Notes under the pieces: model-generated
What the model was told of the DNA's origin: nothing
Database searches by the model: none
The model's input: only the letters and a program-made list of their open reading frames with translations
From: Octopus sinensis
Lineage: Eukaryota
Length of the DNA: 64,000 nucleotides
Direction of reading: 5' to 3'
Assembly: GCF_006345805.1 (NCBI RefSeq)
Contig: NC_043008.1
Coordinates: forward strand, 56,482,001 to 56,546,000
Shown: piece after piece, positions 26,127 to 39,895 of the stretch
Numbering within the stretch: the first letter of the stretch is position 1
Layout: each line of letters opens with the position of its first letter
Translations under genes and position numbers: made by a program

Positions 26127-26209
26127 AAGTAGCCATTTATTTCATGGGCTCCTCGTGAGCGTTTGTCGAAAAGCTTGCTGTGCATTTTGTTGGAGAATTA
26201 AGTTCCTGG

Positions 26210-26295
26210 ATTTTCCTGAAGAGAAGGCTGCAAAATGGACTCCTTATTCAATCCGAATTAGGGACTTTGCAGCCTTCGAAACATATGTAGAAAAT
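26210..26295 (+). ncRNA. Type I hammerhead ribozyme (family 5), fully canonical
   Basis: attttc CTGAAGA gaaggctgcaaa...tttgcagccttc GAAAC atat GTA gaaaat. Stem I 6 bp, stem II 12 bp perfect, palindromic ACATATGT, predicted cleavage after 26289. Lies in a ~227 bp unit (26123-26349) between (TA)n tracts. Confidence 0.88.
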
Positions 26296-26348
26296 AATAA
26301 AAAGGAATTTTGTTAAATCTTCGTTCAGCTCCATTTCTTCCTACACTT

Positions 26349-26433
<85 letters not shown>

Positions 26434-26891
26434 CATATATATATGGATACACACACAAACACACGCATACACACACACTCACACAAACCACATACATATA
26501 GAGATATATATGAATCGGCCATCAGTTTTGAAAATACAGGAAATCCGAGCAATAAATTTTTATACGTGGAATTGATACTGCATAGAGCTAATAGAGTTAA
26601 AACGAGAAACAGATTTATTTTTCTGACATTCGTATGCTCGCAGTATTTTCGTAACAATCGTCATGTAGTGTTGATAATAACAGTATAGAAAATCATACGT
26701 GGATGATGAGATAGATATGCAGACTCAGCTTTATATTCAGAACTTGATGCAAATAAAGAAAAGCTAACTCTTCAGATAAGCAGGATATCATGGTTACATC
26801 CGCGATTCAACTCTAAATGTACACACAAGATTCACCCTATTTATACTAATGTATTGAAGACCAAAATTGGCCTTGAGTAGAGTAACTGATA

Positions 26892-27284
26892 TCTTTATAT
26901 ATAAAAGCGAAGTTGTGTGTCTGTCTCCTACGATTTAGATTCCTAATTACTCCCACATTTTGCGGTGCAGTGTAACCAAAAGTGGGTATCTTATAGTCGT
27001 GATTCATATCGAGTCCTTCTGGGTATTAGCGCGCGTCTACGATGAGTCTACGATTTAAAAAATAATTTACCATCATTTTTTCCATTTTAATGCATTTTTT
27101 CGCTATTATATAAGGGAAGTAACTCTCTAAAAATGTCTATGATGAATCAACGATTAAAAAAAAAATTACCATCATTTTTTTTCCATTTTTAATGCATTAT
27201 TTTGCTATTTTTTGGCTATAACTCTAAAAATGCTTATATGGTTATTTCCCTTACAAACCCAAGCAACGCCGGCGATACTGCTAG
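26892..27284 (+). mobile_element. Complete non-autonomous Helitron
   Basis: A|TC 5' end, cgccggcg subterminal palindrome, CTAG|T 3' end, no TSD. Confidence 0.88.
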
Positions 27285-27419
27285 TATATATATATAATAA
27301 AAACTTACACACACGCAATCACACACGCATACGCCCGAACACACACACACACATGTATACACAAACTCTTCTATGTATACATTTATCTGTCTGTATATAT
27401 ATTTTTATTTATGCGCCCT

Positions 27420-27697
27420 TTTCAAGCCCAGTCAGGATCATGGGCTCGGTTTCCCGGTTTCTATGGCATATATGCTCCCCCCAGCTGGACAGGGTGCCAG
27501 TCCATCGCAGCGTTACTCAAGAAACAGGAAGAAAGAGTGAGAGAAGGTTGGGGCGAAAGAGTACAACAAGGGTAGCCATCACCCCTTGCCGGAGCGTCGT
27601 GGAACTTTAGTTTTCTCTCAATAAACACACACAATGCCCGGTCTGGGAATCGAAAACCGCGATCCTCCGACCGCGAGTCTGCTGCCCTAACCACTGT
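27420..27697 (-). mobile_element. SINE family C
   Basis: Homologous to 2265-2453. Confidence 0.85.
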
Positions 27698-27718
27698 GCC
27701 ATATATATGTATATATAC

Positions 27719-27780
<62 letters not shown>

Positions 27781-27791
27781 TATATATATAT

Positions 27792-27833
<42 letters not shown>

Positions 27834-28568
27834 GTATATATATATATGTGTATATATATATATATTATATATATATATATATATACAGATATATGTTTTT
27901 ATATATGCGGGTATGTTTTTATGTATATACACATATACACTTAATATATACACACACAAAAACATATATATATATACGCATGCATACATATGTGTGTGTG
28001 CGTGTGTATGTGTATATGTGTGCGCGCGAATATATACATACATACGCACAAACGATCTCATAGATGAATAGAAGTTCTAACTGAAATTGGTCAAAAAACA
28101 TCATTATTATTAGTCTTTATTAAGCATGCAATGTTTCCGGAATTATTTGAATATTAAACTTGATTTTGGGAGAGCAAACATCAATACCATTCGCCTATAA
28201 GCCATTAAAACGAATGCTGAATATTTAATAACGTTGAAATTTTATGTCAAGTATTTTGAAGAGATATCGATGGATCGATTCGTTCTTTCGTCGATTCACT
28301 TAAGCAGGTTAATTGAAGTCAAGCAGATGAAATATGCAGCAATTATATTTCTGCTCTGATCCATTTGAATTAGTTAGCAGACGATAAACATATTGCTTAA
28401 ACGAATTTGTGTCTAGGAATTATAAGGATTAACTATAATAATTTTAAATATTGTGTGCATATGGAATATGCATTTGCTTATATATATATTCTTCATCTTG
28501 CACAGATGTTTATATATATAATATATATATATATATATTATATATATTATATATATATATATATATAC

Positions 28569-28735
28569 TCAAAATAAGCAACAAAAATATCTTCGGTATT
28601 TGGTACGAAGATATTCTTGTTGCTTATTTTGATTATAATCACCCCTTGGATTTATATGGATAACACCATACAAAATTCTGGTGCATCTAACTTAAGTACC
28701 ATATTCAATTGAATCTAAACTTTGCTGAACTTATA
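28569..28735 (+). mobile_element. Short (TA)n-flanked repeat with 27 bp terminal hairpin
   Basis: Arms 28569-28595 and 28606-28632; homologous to 14236-14403. Confidence 0.75.
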
Positions 28736-28783
28736 TATATATATATATAATATATATATATACACATACTTACATATATACAT

Positions 28784-28835
<52 letters not shown>

Positions 28836-28934
28836 AATACATACATACAAATATATATATGTATGTATGTATGTATCTTAATAATATATGTGTGTGTGTG
28901 TATATATATCTATACAAAAGTACAAACACGCAGA

Positions 28935-28971
<37 letters not shown>

Positions 28972-29509
28972 TCATGTAATATATATCAAGATATACACGC
29001 ACGTGCGCGTGCGCACACACACATATACACACATATACACACATATGGCGTATTGAATATTGCAAGCAGACCAAGATCTAAATGATATTTACCTTTGGTC
29101 GACGTAAAGCATCAGACACCTTGAATCAAAACTCTAGGCGACTCCCAAAGAGAAAAAGAAACCCAGCAAAAGATAAAGAAAAACAAAGAAGGAACACAAT
29201 TAAGAATTAACGTCTCTATATTAATTCTTGATCTTCGAATGAAATCTAATCTTTGTTTACAAGTGAAGGGTAATCATAGAAACGGTTTAAGTGCTACGTG
29301 ATAACATTGTCATAATATAATTTCCTGAAGTCTATTTTAATGAATTGAGAATAATATTTGTATACCGAGAAAAGTTGTTTGTAAAGTATTAGTATCATTT
29401 GCATAATTAATTAAGTGCTTTATTTATTTAAATTCATGTCCCTTTAGGGTACTTCCTTTAGTTTACATATAAATTTAAGAATATATAGAAATGCATATAT
29501 ATACATGTA

Positions 29510-29580
<71 letters not shown>

Positions 29581-30166
29581 TTAATATTCCCTGGCGGAAA
29601 AACTGAACAAAAAACTGTCATAGGTTGATAATATATTTACCTGAAGATCTTTTGCACTTACAAGTTAAACTCAGAATAGCAAGGGGCCGACTCGAGCAAG
29701 ACAGATTATATATTATGTGTGTGTGTGCGTGTGTGTGCGTGTGTGTGTGTGTTGTGTGTGTGTGTGTAGTGTGTTGTTTGTGCGTGAGTGTGCGCCTGTG
29801 TTTGTGTATGTATATTTTTGATTCCCACCACCGCCTCGTAATTGCTGTTTTGGTTTGTTTACGTCTTTGTAGCTGAGTCACAAAAAGCAGCGCTAGTTTA
29901 GATTATGAACCTACACACATGCACCTACATACACGTGTATGCACATATACATAAACATACGGACACACACGCACGCACACACACACAGACACGCACATGC
30001 ACGCACATGTATATACGTGCCTTACTTGATCTTTATCTCAGTGTGGTTTAAACTCGGGTTTTTGGTATTTCCATCCCAAATAGAAACGAGTAGTAAGACG
30101 TCCATGTCGCACGCTTCAACATTTCTGATGATCCCAGAAACAGAAATAAAGAACACATTTCTGTAC

Positions 30167-30197
<31 letters not shown>

Positions 30198-30581
30198 ATA
30201 TTTAGAATGTAAGTTTTGATAGGAAACTTTGAAATGTAGTATCCAAACCGAGTAGTCTTCAGGTTTACCACTTACGACTACCAGACGTCTTTCGTGGTAC
30301 CGCACTTTAGTCGCAGGATCTACTTAAAGAATTCTCCGGTGTCCGTTTGGCATATTTTAAATAATGGATAGGAAAGAGTGAGTGTAGTGTAAGCTGTATT
30401 TTGCACGACGACCGTCTCGGCTTATATCTGCACAGCTGCCTAGTGGGTGGGTAACTATATAATGGAATCAAATGAATCTCAAAGTGCAGAAGAAACATCA
30501 TCAGGTGATACGTTACAATGTTATATGTATGTTTCGCTACTGTGTGTGGTAGAATGGTGTTCGTATGATGTGTACGTTTAT

Positions 30582-30767
30582 GGACGCCGGTTGTCCGACC
30601 GTTTCACAGAACATTTGAGGGACGTTCGCCTACACTCTTTTTCTCCCGTCGCACGCCACTTCCGCTCGGCCAGCCATTCCCTAGATGACATCTCAGTGTT
30701 TGGTCTCGCCCCCCACAATGGTCGTCCACTTTCTAGGCTCCACTTGGAGCAACGCTACATCTTCACT
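30582..30767 (+). pseudogene. GIY-YIG endonuclease C-terminal fragment of a Penelope-like element
   Basis: GRRLSDRFTEHLRDVRLHSFSPVARHFRSASHSLDDISVFGLAPHNGRPLSRLHLEQRYIFT matches the recalled PLE pattern GRRL.DRF.EH...PVARHF...HS..D..V.GL...R...EQ..IF. Confidence 0.8.
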
Positions 30768-32415
30768 CACACACCTACACTCCCACACACATACATACGC
30801 ACCTACATACACACACACACGCATACACACGCACACACACGCATACATACATATATTACACACGTACACACACACCTACATACACATGCATACACACACA
30901 CACAAACACACACGGACACACCCATACATACTTACATACATACACCTATACACACACGCCTACACACCTACATACACACACATGCATACACACACACACA
31001 CATGTACGCACATACACAGACATATACGCACATACATATATACCTACACACATGCACACACACATACACACACACATACGCACATGCATACGCATACATG
31101 CATACATGCACACACACACACACACGCACGTACACATACATACACACACACACATACATACACCCATACACACACATGCATCCTACACACACAGACATAC
31201 ACACTCACACATACATACACACACACACTCACTCACACACCTGCATGTACGCGCATACACATGCACCTACACACACTTCCACACACACACACACACGTAC
31301 ATACATACACACTCATACACATACACCACACACACACACACGGACATACATCTATATACACACATATACACACACATACTTACATACATTCATCGGACAC
31401 ACTGACACCCAGACTTACACACAGACACACTCACACATCCACACACATACATACTTACACACACACTCGCAGGTGCGCGCACATACACGCTTGTGCACGT
31501 TCGCGCACGCATACGCGCATGCATGCACCACGCTCGTGGTTTGACCGACTAGATCTCCTGTACGTATCTGGGGCCGGCGCGTGTCTTTGGGTTCTCCCAC
31601 GCCTGTCGCCGCGGGACCACTCTTCCATCTCCCCCCCCTCTGCTGCAGTTTTTTTTCCTTAACCCCCCTCTTTGTACACACACGCACACACATACACACA
31701 CCCACTCACACACACACATTTGCATATATATATACATTACACTTACACACACTTCAAATTTACTTGCCATACACACAACAACGCACACTGGACACACTAC
31801 CACTCTACACACACACTGGCACGTTACATACGCCCCCACCCTTTCCCTCCTTCCCTTCTTCCCTCCTTCCCTTCTTCCCTCCTTCCCTTCTTCCCTCCTT
31901 CCCTTCTTCCCTCCTTCCCTTCTTCCCTCATTCCACCCATTTTTTTACCACTGACCACTCACTCGAGACTTGCTATGTCATCTGTTCGCCCTGCACGCAC
32001 TAACATATACATATTTTTTGTTTTTTTATCTCGCCTCACACACACATACACACACGCACACGCACACACTCACACATACATACACACGCACACACACATA
32101 CCTCCCTGTTTCTGACCTGCCTTTCTGACTTGCTAGGGTACCCCCACACACTCCTTTAACTCTACTACTGCCTGCTACTAGCCACTGTCCACCATACACA
32201 CACATACACACACACACGCACACACACATACACACACCCTCGTTTTCTCGCACACCTTTTTTACCATTCCCTCTTTGATTCAGCTCTCCTGTTTTTAAAA
32301 AACATTTTCCTCCTTTTTTACAACTTCCGTCTTTTCAGTATGTGACCTCGTGAAGACTACCTGCAATTTTTTTTTTTCCTCTGTCCTCCCGTCTCGGGAT
32401 CTTTCTTTCTCCTAT

Positions 32416-32450
32416 GTTTCCGACGAAGAGCTCCGCTCGAAACGTCATAC
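32416..32450 (+). ncRNA. Minimal hammerhead motif (family 2, U4C variant)
   Basis: gttt CCGACGA a gagc tcc gctc GAAAC GTC atac; palindromic ACGT stem III; one stem I mismatch. Confidence 0.6.
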
Positions 32451-32541
32451 CCCCCTTCTTCCATTTTCCTGAGCGCCTAATAATAATAATACTGTAATTG
32501 TTCCACGTGTTGGTGTTTTTTCTGTTTTCCCGTTTGGATTA

Positions 32542-32581
<40 letters not shown>

Positions 32582-32612
32582 CAGAAGTTGAAAACGCCAC
32601 TATATACAATAA

Positions 32613-32659
32613 ATTTTACGTTTCAGTCCTTCTTGAAAAAAACGACCCTTATCAAAAAT
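32613..32659 (-). ncRNA. Hammerhead motif family 3 (U3:A8), decayed stem II
   Basis: Minus strand: attt TTGATAA gggtc...ggact GAAAC GTA aaat. Confidence 0.55.
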
Positions 32660-32974
32660 ATTTTAAAAGTTAAGTGTAATAAAAAAGTTCATAATTGTTT
32701 CTTACTAGTCTCAACAGAGTCCACGTGGTGGTGTTTTGTGTGTGGGGGGAGCATAATGTCTGTCTTGTGCGTTGACTAGAATCGTTGGCTGTAATTAAAA
32801 TTTTACTTATATAGTGGCGTGGCGTTTTCAAACCTCTTTTTTTATATATATATACCCACTCCTATGCCACCTACACGTTATATATTGAGCAACACGCTTT
32901 ATTGCATAATACTACAATAGTTTCATCCCCACATTACCAGCAGATCATTGCCGAAACATTAATATATAACTTAG

Positions 32975-33215
32975 GCGCAGGAGTGGCTGTGTGGTAAGAA
33001 GCTTACTTCCCATCCACATGGTACCGGGTTCAGCCCCACGTTATAGCTCCTTGGCCAACTGTGTTCTATTATAACCTAGGGACGACCAAAGTCTTGTGAG
33101 TGGATTTGGTAGATGGAATCTGAAAGGAGCCTGCGTTGTATTTGTTAGAATAAAAGCATTGCTCCAGCATGGCCACAGTCAAATGACTGAAAGGAGTAAA
33201 TTAAAGAATTAAAGA
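32975..33215 (+). mobile_element. SINE family B with internal deletion
   Basis: Head joined to the ctccagcatggcc tail. Confidence 0.75.
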
Positions 33216-33848
33216 AAGGGATATAAAATATAAAATTACATGTCATGCTAGCTGTAGAATATTAAGTTATAAGCTAAAAGAGAGTCTGTTATATCAAAGT
33301 CTTATTTCTCAGAATATATGCCACATGAAAGTTCTATAATTAGCATTTCAGAGGCAAAACATAGAACAGAAACACCGAAATCATTTTATTATAAACTGTA
33401 TATTTGGTGTTGCCCATCATGAACTTTCATAACACTAAAATAATATAAAATAAAAATAAATGAATAAAAATGAATTAGCAATATAATATAAGTCGGTAAC
33501 GAGAATAATAAATAGAATTAACAGTCAAGAACCTTATCTTCTAACCCATCTAATACTTACATAGTTTCCATTTTAAGAGAGCTAACCACAATTATCACGT
33601 GATAATTTCTCCTTAACAAAAAGCTGTCGTGAATCTGAACTTGATTAATAATAAACTTGTTACAATCAAGTTATTACCTTTACTGATGCTTTAAGCTATT
33701 CAGTAAAGCAAGTAAAACAGAACACCCACATATACAATATACACATAGATATACAGATATATATCCATTTATTTCAAGTCAGAGTTATATTATTAATAAA
33801 ATAACATATGTATATTTTGACTTATACACACACGGAGACATAGATTTA

Positions 33849-33980
<132 letters not shown>

Positions 33981-35496
33981 GTAGGTATGCATACCCGCAC
34001 TCATATCCACACATGTCATAGTCAGGGACATACACATATACACTCTGAAATAAGCAATACTATTTCAGGTAAAATGTAGGAATTAATAATTAGCGAAAAC
34101 ATTACTATAACGTAACATATTTTGCGTTGACATATATAGTTTTACATACATTACATATATTTTTACAGGAATTCTGATATAAGTGTATTCAAACAAGTTA
34201 GTAGACGGTTTCACAGCTGAAATGTATACATTTACAAATAAATGAATGAACAGAATACTTTCTATCAAATCTTTTTCCAAATTCCTTGAACAAGTTCTTA
34301 ATCCTATAGTTACATCTTGCAACGATTTTCGAGTGTCTATTATTAAGTATATCTCTGCACATTAAGATGCACAGGGTCTCTTGTGAGCAAGATTGCACAA
34401 CTTGAAGTAGTCAATGTATGGGTACACAGTTGTCATCTTATGATATGCTGTATTGTACATTCTCTCTCTGAGACATCTAATCAGGTCGGTGAAGGAGAAG
34501 TATCTTTAATCGCTGTCTTGAAATGATACAGCGTGATTATGCTATCAATCTTTGAAGTAATAAATCTTTGCATATCTAGATGCGAGAATCTTTACTTTAG
34601 ACCAGACCGTGCATATATAAATATATATAACGTTCTTATGTATATACTCATTTTCCAGAGGAAATGCAGCTTGGTTTCCTACAGTTGCATTTCTTCATTC
34701 CACAATTTTCCAATTTATTAGTATTAGTGTTTTGCATTTTCCTACTTTGTTCTTACTAGTACTATAATAATTATTAATTACGTTGATACAGTTGCTGTTG
34801 TTACTATTCCTGCAATTTCAGTGTTATAATAATTATCAAATTTTACATAATTATCATCGTTATTTTCCTTAGTCTTATTGTAGATAATATTACTTATGTT
34901 GCTGTTATCTAGACTAGTAGGATTCTTCCCTCTACTATTAATGTTATTATTATCTGTGGGACTTATGTTAATTTGCTGCCTAACTCTAGCGTTTCTGCTT
35001 GCTTGGTTAAGTTTCCTATCATTAAGTTTATGGATATTATATTCTAGGTTATGTGGTGCTGCATATGATAGCTTCACCAACTGTCAATCAAAAATTTTGT
35101 GATATCTACTTGATTTAGGAAAATGTTTCATGCAGAGAAATAAATTCATAGCAAACTTAGAAGATACATTTCAATCCTAGAGGCGGATTATACGATAATA
35201 TACATCTTACATTATATTTAGTATTAGGTCAATTATAATTGATATTATTCTTGTTACTGTCATGTCAATGAGAATTCCTCTCAGAATCGTTATTGTATTT
35301 AATTTAATCGTGTTTACTGCCCAGTCTCTATGTGCAGTAGCATTATTTCAAAAACTATTTCGAATATTCTATAGCAATGGAGTTCATTATAAGACCTGCA
35401 ATCATATAATGCACGCTATCATGACTACTAAAACCAAGTTTCGTGTTTCTATTCTTATATTTATTCACTACACTATTATACACACACACACACACA

Positions 35497-35527
<31 letters not shown>

Positions 35528-36279
35528 CGCATACTAACACACATATACAGACTCACAACGCACTAACACACATAAACACACTCTCTCACACACATACACA
35601 CGCATATGTTTATATCTATCTGTATGTGTCCATGTGCCTGTGTTTGTCCAACCATCACCACCTGACAACCGGTGTTGGTGTGTTTATGTCCCCGTAACTT
35701 AGTGGTTCGACAAAAGAGACCGATAGAAGAATACAAGGCATAAAAAATAGTCTTAGGGTCGAGATGCTGAACTAAAACCCTTCAAGGCGATGCTCCAGCA
35801 TGACCATACTTAAATGACAGAAGCAAGTAAAAGAATAAAAGAATAAAAAGATGAATATATAATTCAATATTCGCTGTTTCCCCTGCGACGATTGTTATTG
35901 CATTTGCCTTTTCTAGTGCCTTCGCCGCTGACCATTATTACTAGATCTGCCATCGGCACCTTTAGCTTCAATACAGGCAGTTCTACCACGACTGCACGCA
36001 GCCAACTGTCAGCTACTTACCGTCGGCTCCGTCATGAACTCGGCGACCGCTGACGACCCCACTTGAAGAATTCCTGCTGCTACTATAATCGTCAATTGCT
36101 GTCACTAAACTCACATAGGTACGGTGATGTCGCTGTCCGCAAAACGCTCAACATGGCAAGTACTGCATGGAAAAATATTTCTTGACTGTTTACATCGTCT
36201 CGATTTTGTTACTTTGCCAACACACACACACACACACACACAACACACACACACACACCACACACACACACACACACAC

Positions 36280-36378
<99 letters not shown>

Positions 36379-36426
36379 ACAAATGTACACACGCGTACCT
36401 ACCTCCATACCTGCAGAACTACCTAC

Positions 36427-36530
<104 letters not shown>

Positions 36531-36550
36531 GTATCTAAATATAAATATAA

Positions 36551-36605
<55 letters not shown>

Positions 36606-39454
36606 ATATCTATCTATCTCTGTGTGTGTGTGTGTGTGTGTACATGTGTGTGTGTGTGTGTGTGTTTATATACGAATATGTTTTTATGTTCGCATCAGGT
36701 ATGATACGGGTCAACATGGGTGCTTCTATGTTGTCGACCGATTTGTTAGAAATAACAGTCCGTTATCTCTCAAATCGAACTCTACTGTCTTGAAAAAAGA
36801 AAGATCTGAGAGACATCACATAGTATAATGTAAACCTAATACTCAATTCCCTGTAAAAAGACAGGAAGGTAATGGACGAAACTCATCGATTGTAAGTGTA
36901 TTGATCCAGGTTTAATCTGAAGGTAAATACGAAGAAGAACAACAAAAACAATCAGAAAAAGTACGACAACAAGAGCAACACCAATAATAACATCAAAAAC
37001 ATCATCAGCGACAACTTAAAAAAAAAAAGACATCTCGAATTTAAAAAAGCAAAAGAAGCGAAGCAGTTTTATAATACGTTAGTTTCGATTTAGCAAGTGG
37101 GTCTTCTGATAAAGTATATATATGGCGGTTTCTATAGTTAAATCTTAATACGTCTGACGAAAATTTCAAATATCTGAAAATCGTAAATAATGCTACTTTG
37201 GGCAATTATCGGGTGTGTTTGAAGAAGATCGATGTATATGGAAAGATATCCCTTGATATCTACGTCATTGAGCTGGAATACGGCAGCTTTTGTTCAAAAT
37301 TTAAATAAATACGAACAACGTCGAACACTTTAACGAGGGAGAAAAATTCAGAGAGAGAGAGAGAGGGGGAGAGCGAGTGAAGGAGAGAAAGTGAAAGGGG
37401 GATAGAGAAGAAAAGAGAGAAAGTCAGTGAGAGAAACACCGAGAAGGATAGAGAGAGTCAATACTTTAGATAAAGCAGGTTATCTAAAATAATTCTCGCT
37501 TAGCTAAATGGAATCGTAGAATCGAAAAAAGTTTCAATGATATCACAGACATGCTACGGTTATCTGGGTTTTTGTATTTCATTATTTTTATATAGAAAAA
37601 GAGTCGATAATGTAGTTAAACATACGATAAAGTGTTGATTTCCCCAACAATACGGTGTGAGAGTTTCCATTAACAGCTGATTAAGTGGTGTCTAGTTTTA
37701 CATGCCAATCAATATAACAGAAACTGTTACAAGAAAGAACGTTATTCAGCATTAGAACGAAGAATTCAGCTGTATTTTCCTAAAGTAGCTTTTCAACATT
37801 TTATCGTTGAATTACTTTAATTCATTTCACATTATCACATTCACACATACAAACCTCACCCTCACAGAATGACAAAACGATTACTCTTTAGAAATCAACG
37901 GATATGAGTTTTAATTTTCTGTGTAAGCACAATGTATATTTACTCTGAATACGACTGTGCTTAATATTTGGTAATTCTAAAATATTCAAGAGATTTAATT
38001 TTAAAAATTTATTTTGCTATTGTATAGGTATAGAAAGAAAAAGCGATAAAAAATTGCGAGATAATATTTTTAAGAGGTTCAGAAACGATTAACGGAAAAA
38101 GAAAAATGTCGTGTTTACGCGTCAATTGTACGTCTTCGTTTGCAATAAACTTTTGCAAGATATCAGAAACAGCAAATAGTTTACGATAGTCATATTAATT
38201 TTAATATAATTAAGTAATGAGTGTCAATAAGATAACACTGAAATAATTACGTGCCGAGGAAACAACATTAGCTCAATGGCTAATATTTTTTAAATAATTT
38301 CGACAGTACGGGAGACAACTCAAGAAATATTTCTACTTTATTACACCTCTCCAGCAAATATTTTAAAATCTTTATTGAGCTTGGCTTTTCTTAGTAAATT
38401 TTAAGAACTCATTATAAATATAAAAACTGAAAAATCAGTTGTGATATTTTCTGATATTTTTTCTTCCCAAAGCTATCGAGAAAAAAATGACTCACTTTCC
38501 TGCGAATAACAGTTGAAATAAAAATAATATTAAAAAAATCATCTGCAAGTCAGATCATGTATTAGAAATTTAATGAGCTCGCTATTCATTTTACCAACAA
38601 TAGTTTCTGTTCTCTAATATGCCCTATAGTGCTTTTCCTTTACCAAAACAATACATTAGACATTAAAAAAGACATTTGAAGTGTGTGTAAAGTATGTTTT
38701 CTCATATTATGAAATATAATTACAGTATTTGTCTTCCGAAATATTTCCATACTTCGCTATTTGAAAAATATTTGGAGGAAGTTTAATTTATTTTACCAAG
38801 AATAATTTTATTATTAAAATATTTAATTAAGATTAGAGAAATATATTCTCATAACAAGCCCAAAACAAATACACAATTTTGGATTGAAATGATTGCGAAA
38901 CAAAAGTTTTTATATGTTCAAGGTGAATCTCTACCAAACTTCCATAGTATACGCACACCTTACTCAATTCCACATCACTTCATTGTTCCTTGCACTTTCG
39001 TTACGTGACTCAAGACGATGAATTGGTTGGGACATTACAGTACTGAAAAGAATACTTCGTGTGCTTCGTGCTCTGAGTTCCGATTTCACTCTCTGTGAGT
39101 TCAAATGCTACTGAGGTCACGTTTGCCTTGCATTCTTTTGGAGTCGATATAGAACGTATCAATCTGGTGTGGTGAATTAGTGAAACCGTCTGAGAACTTA
39201 GCCAGATTCAATGCGGTCTTTGTTCTAGATCTTTCCGTTCTCAGTTCAATTTCCGCTTGGGTGATACACTCAATCTATTAAGCAGATTAATACCAACACG
39301 TTGCATCTTGGAATGCTTTATCAGATCCCACTCTACTGCAAGTATTCGGACCAGACCTCCGATCTGAGAATTAATTCTTTTCCATCTCTCACCCGCCTGC
39401 TAATCTGGGAGGCTATGCAAAGTACTGAAATCTCTTCAGACCAATTGATAAAAA

Positions 39455-39895
39455 TATGCATGGCTATGTGGTAAGAAGCTTCTTCCCAACCACATGTTGC
39501 CGGGTTCAGTCCTACTGCATTGTATCTGGGGCAAGTGTCTATACCCTCGGACCAACCAAAGACTTGTGAGTGGATTTGGTAGACGGAAATAGAAAGAAGC
39601 CCTATATATATATATACACACGTGTTTGTGTGTGTATTATGTGTGTTATGTGTGTCTGTGTCTGTGTCTGGATTTGTCTCCGATCATCGCTTGACAACCG
39701 AAGTAGGTGTGTTTACGTCCCTGCAACTTAACAGTTCGACAAAAAAAAAGAGATCCATAGAATAAGCACTAGGCTTACAAAGAATAAGTCCTGGGGTTCG
39801 GTTCTTCGACTAAACCCATTTAAGGCGTTGTTCTAGAATGGCTGCTGTGAAATGACTAAAACACGTGAAAGAATAAAAGATTAAAAGAATAACGC
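39455..39895 (+). mobile_element. SINE family B
   Basis: Head, core and tail homology. Confidence 0.8.

Larger units (their letters stand above)
30582..32545 (+). mobile_element. 5'-truncated Penelope-like retroelement (GIY-YIG, CA-rich region, HHR tail)
   Basis: Endonuclease fragment, CA/CATA expansion, (CCTTCCCTTCTTCCCT)n tract, and family 2 tail with HHR ending at (TA)n, all on one strand. Confidence 0.6.

Noticed and set aside
30121-30150. CTGATGA tccca GAAAC
   Set aside because: Only a 1 bp stem II, with no valid stem III or NUH.
30447-31662. Long ORFs (365 aa, 325 aa) and the many other H/T/Y/I/C/V-rich ORFs
   Set aside because: They are translations of CA/TA/TATG microsatellites; only 30582-30767 is protein-like (GIY-YIG).
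36025-36085. GC-rich patch with a minus-strand GTAAGT donor-like site
   Set aside because: No polypyrimidine acceptor; resembles decayed trinucleotide repeat.
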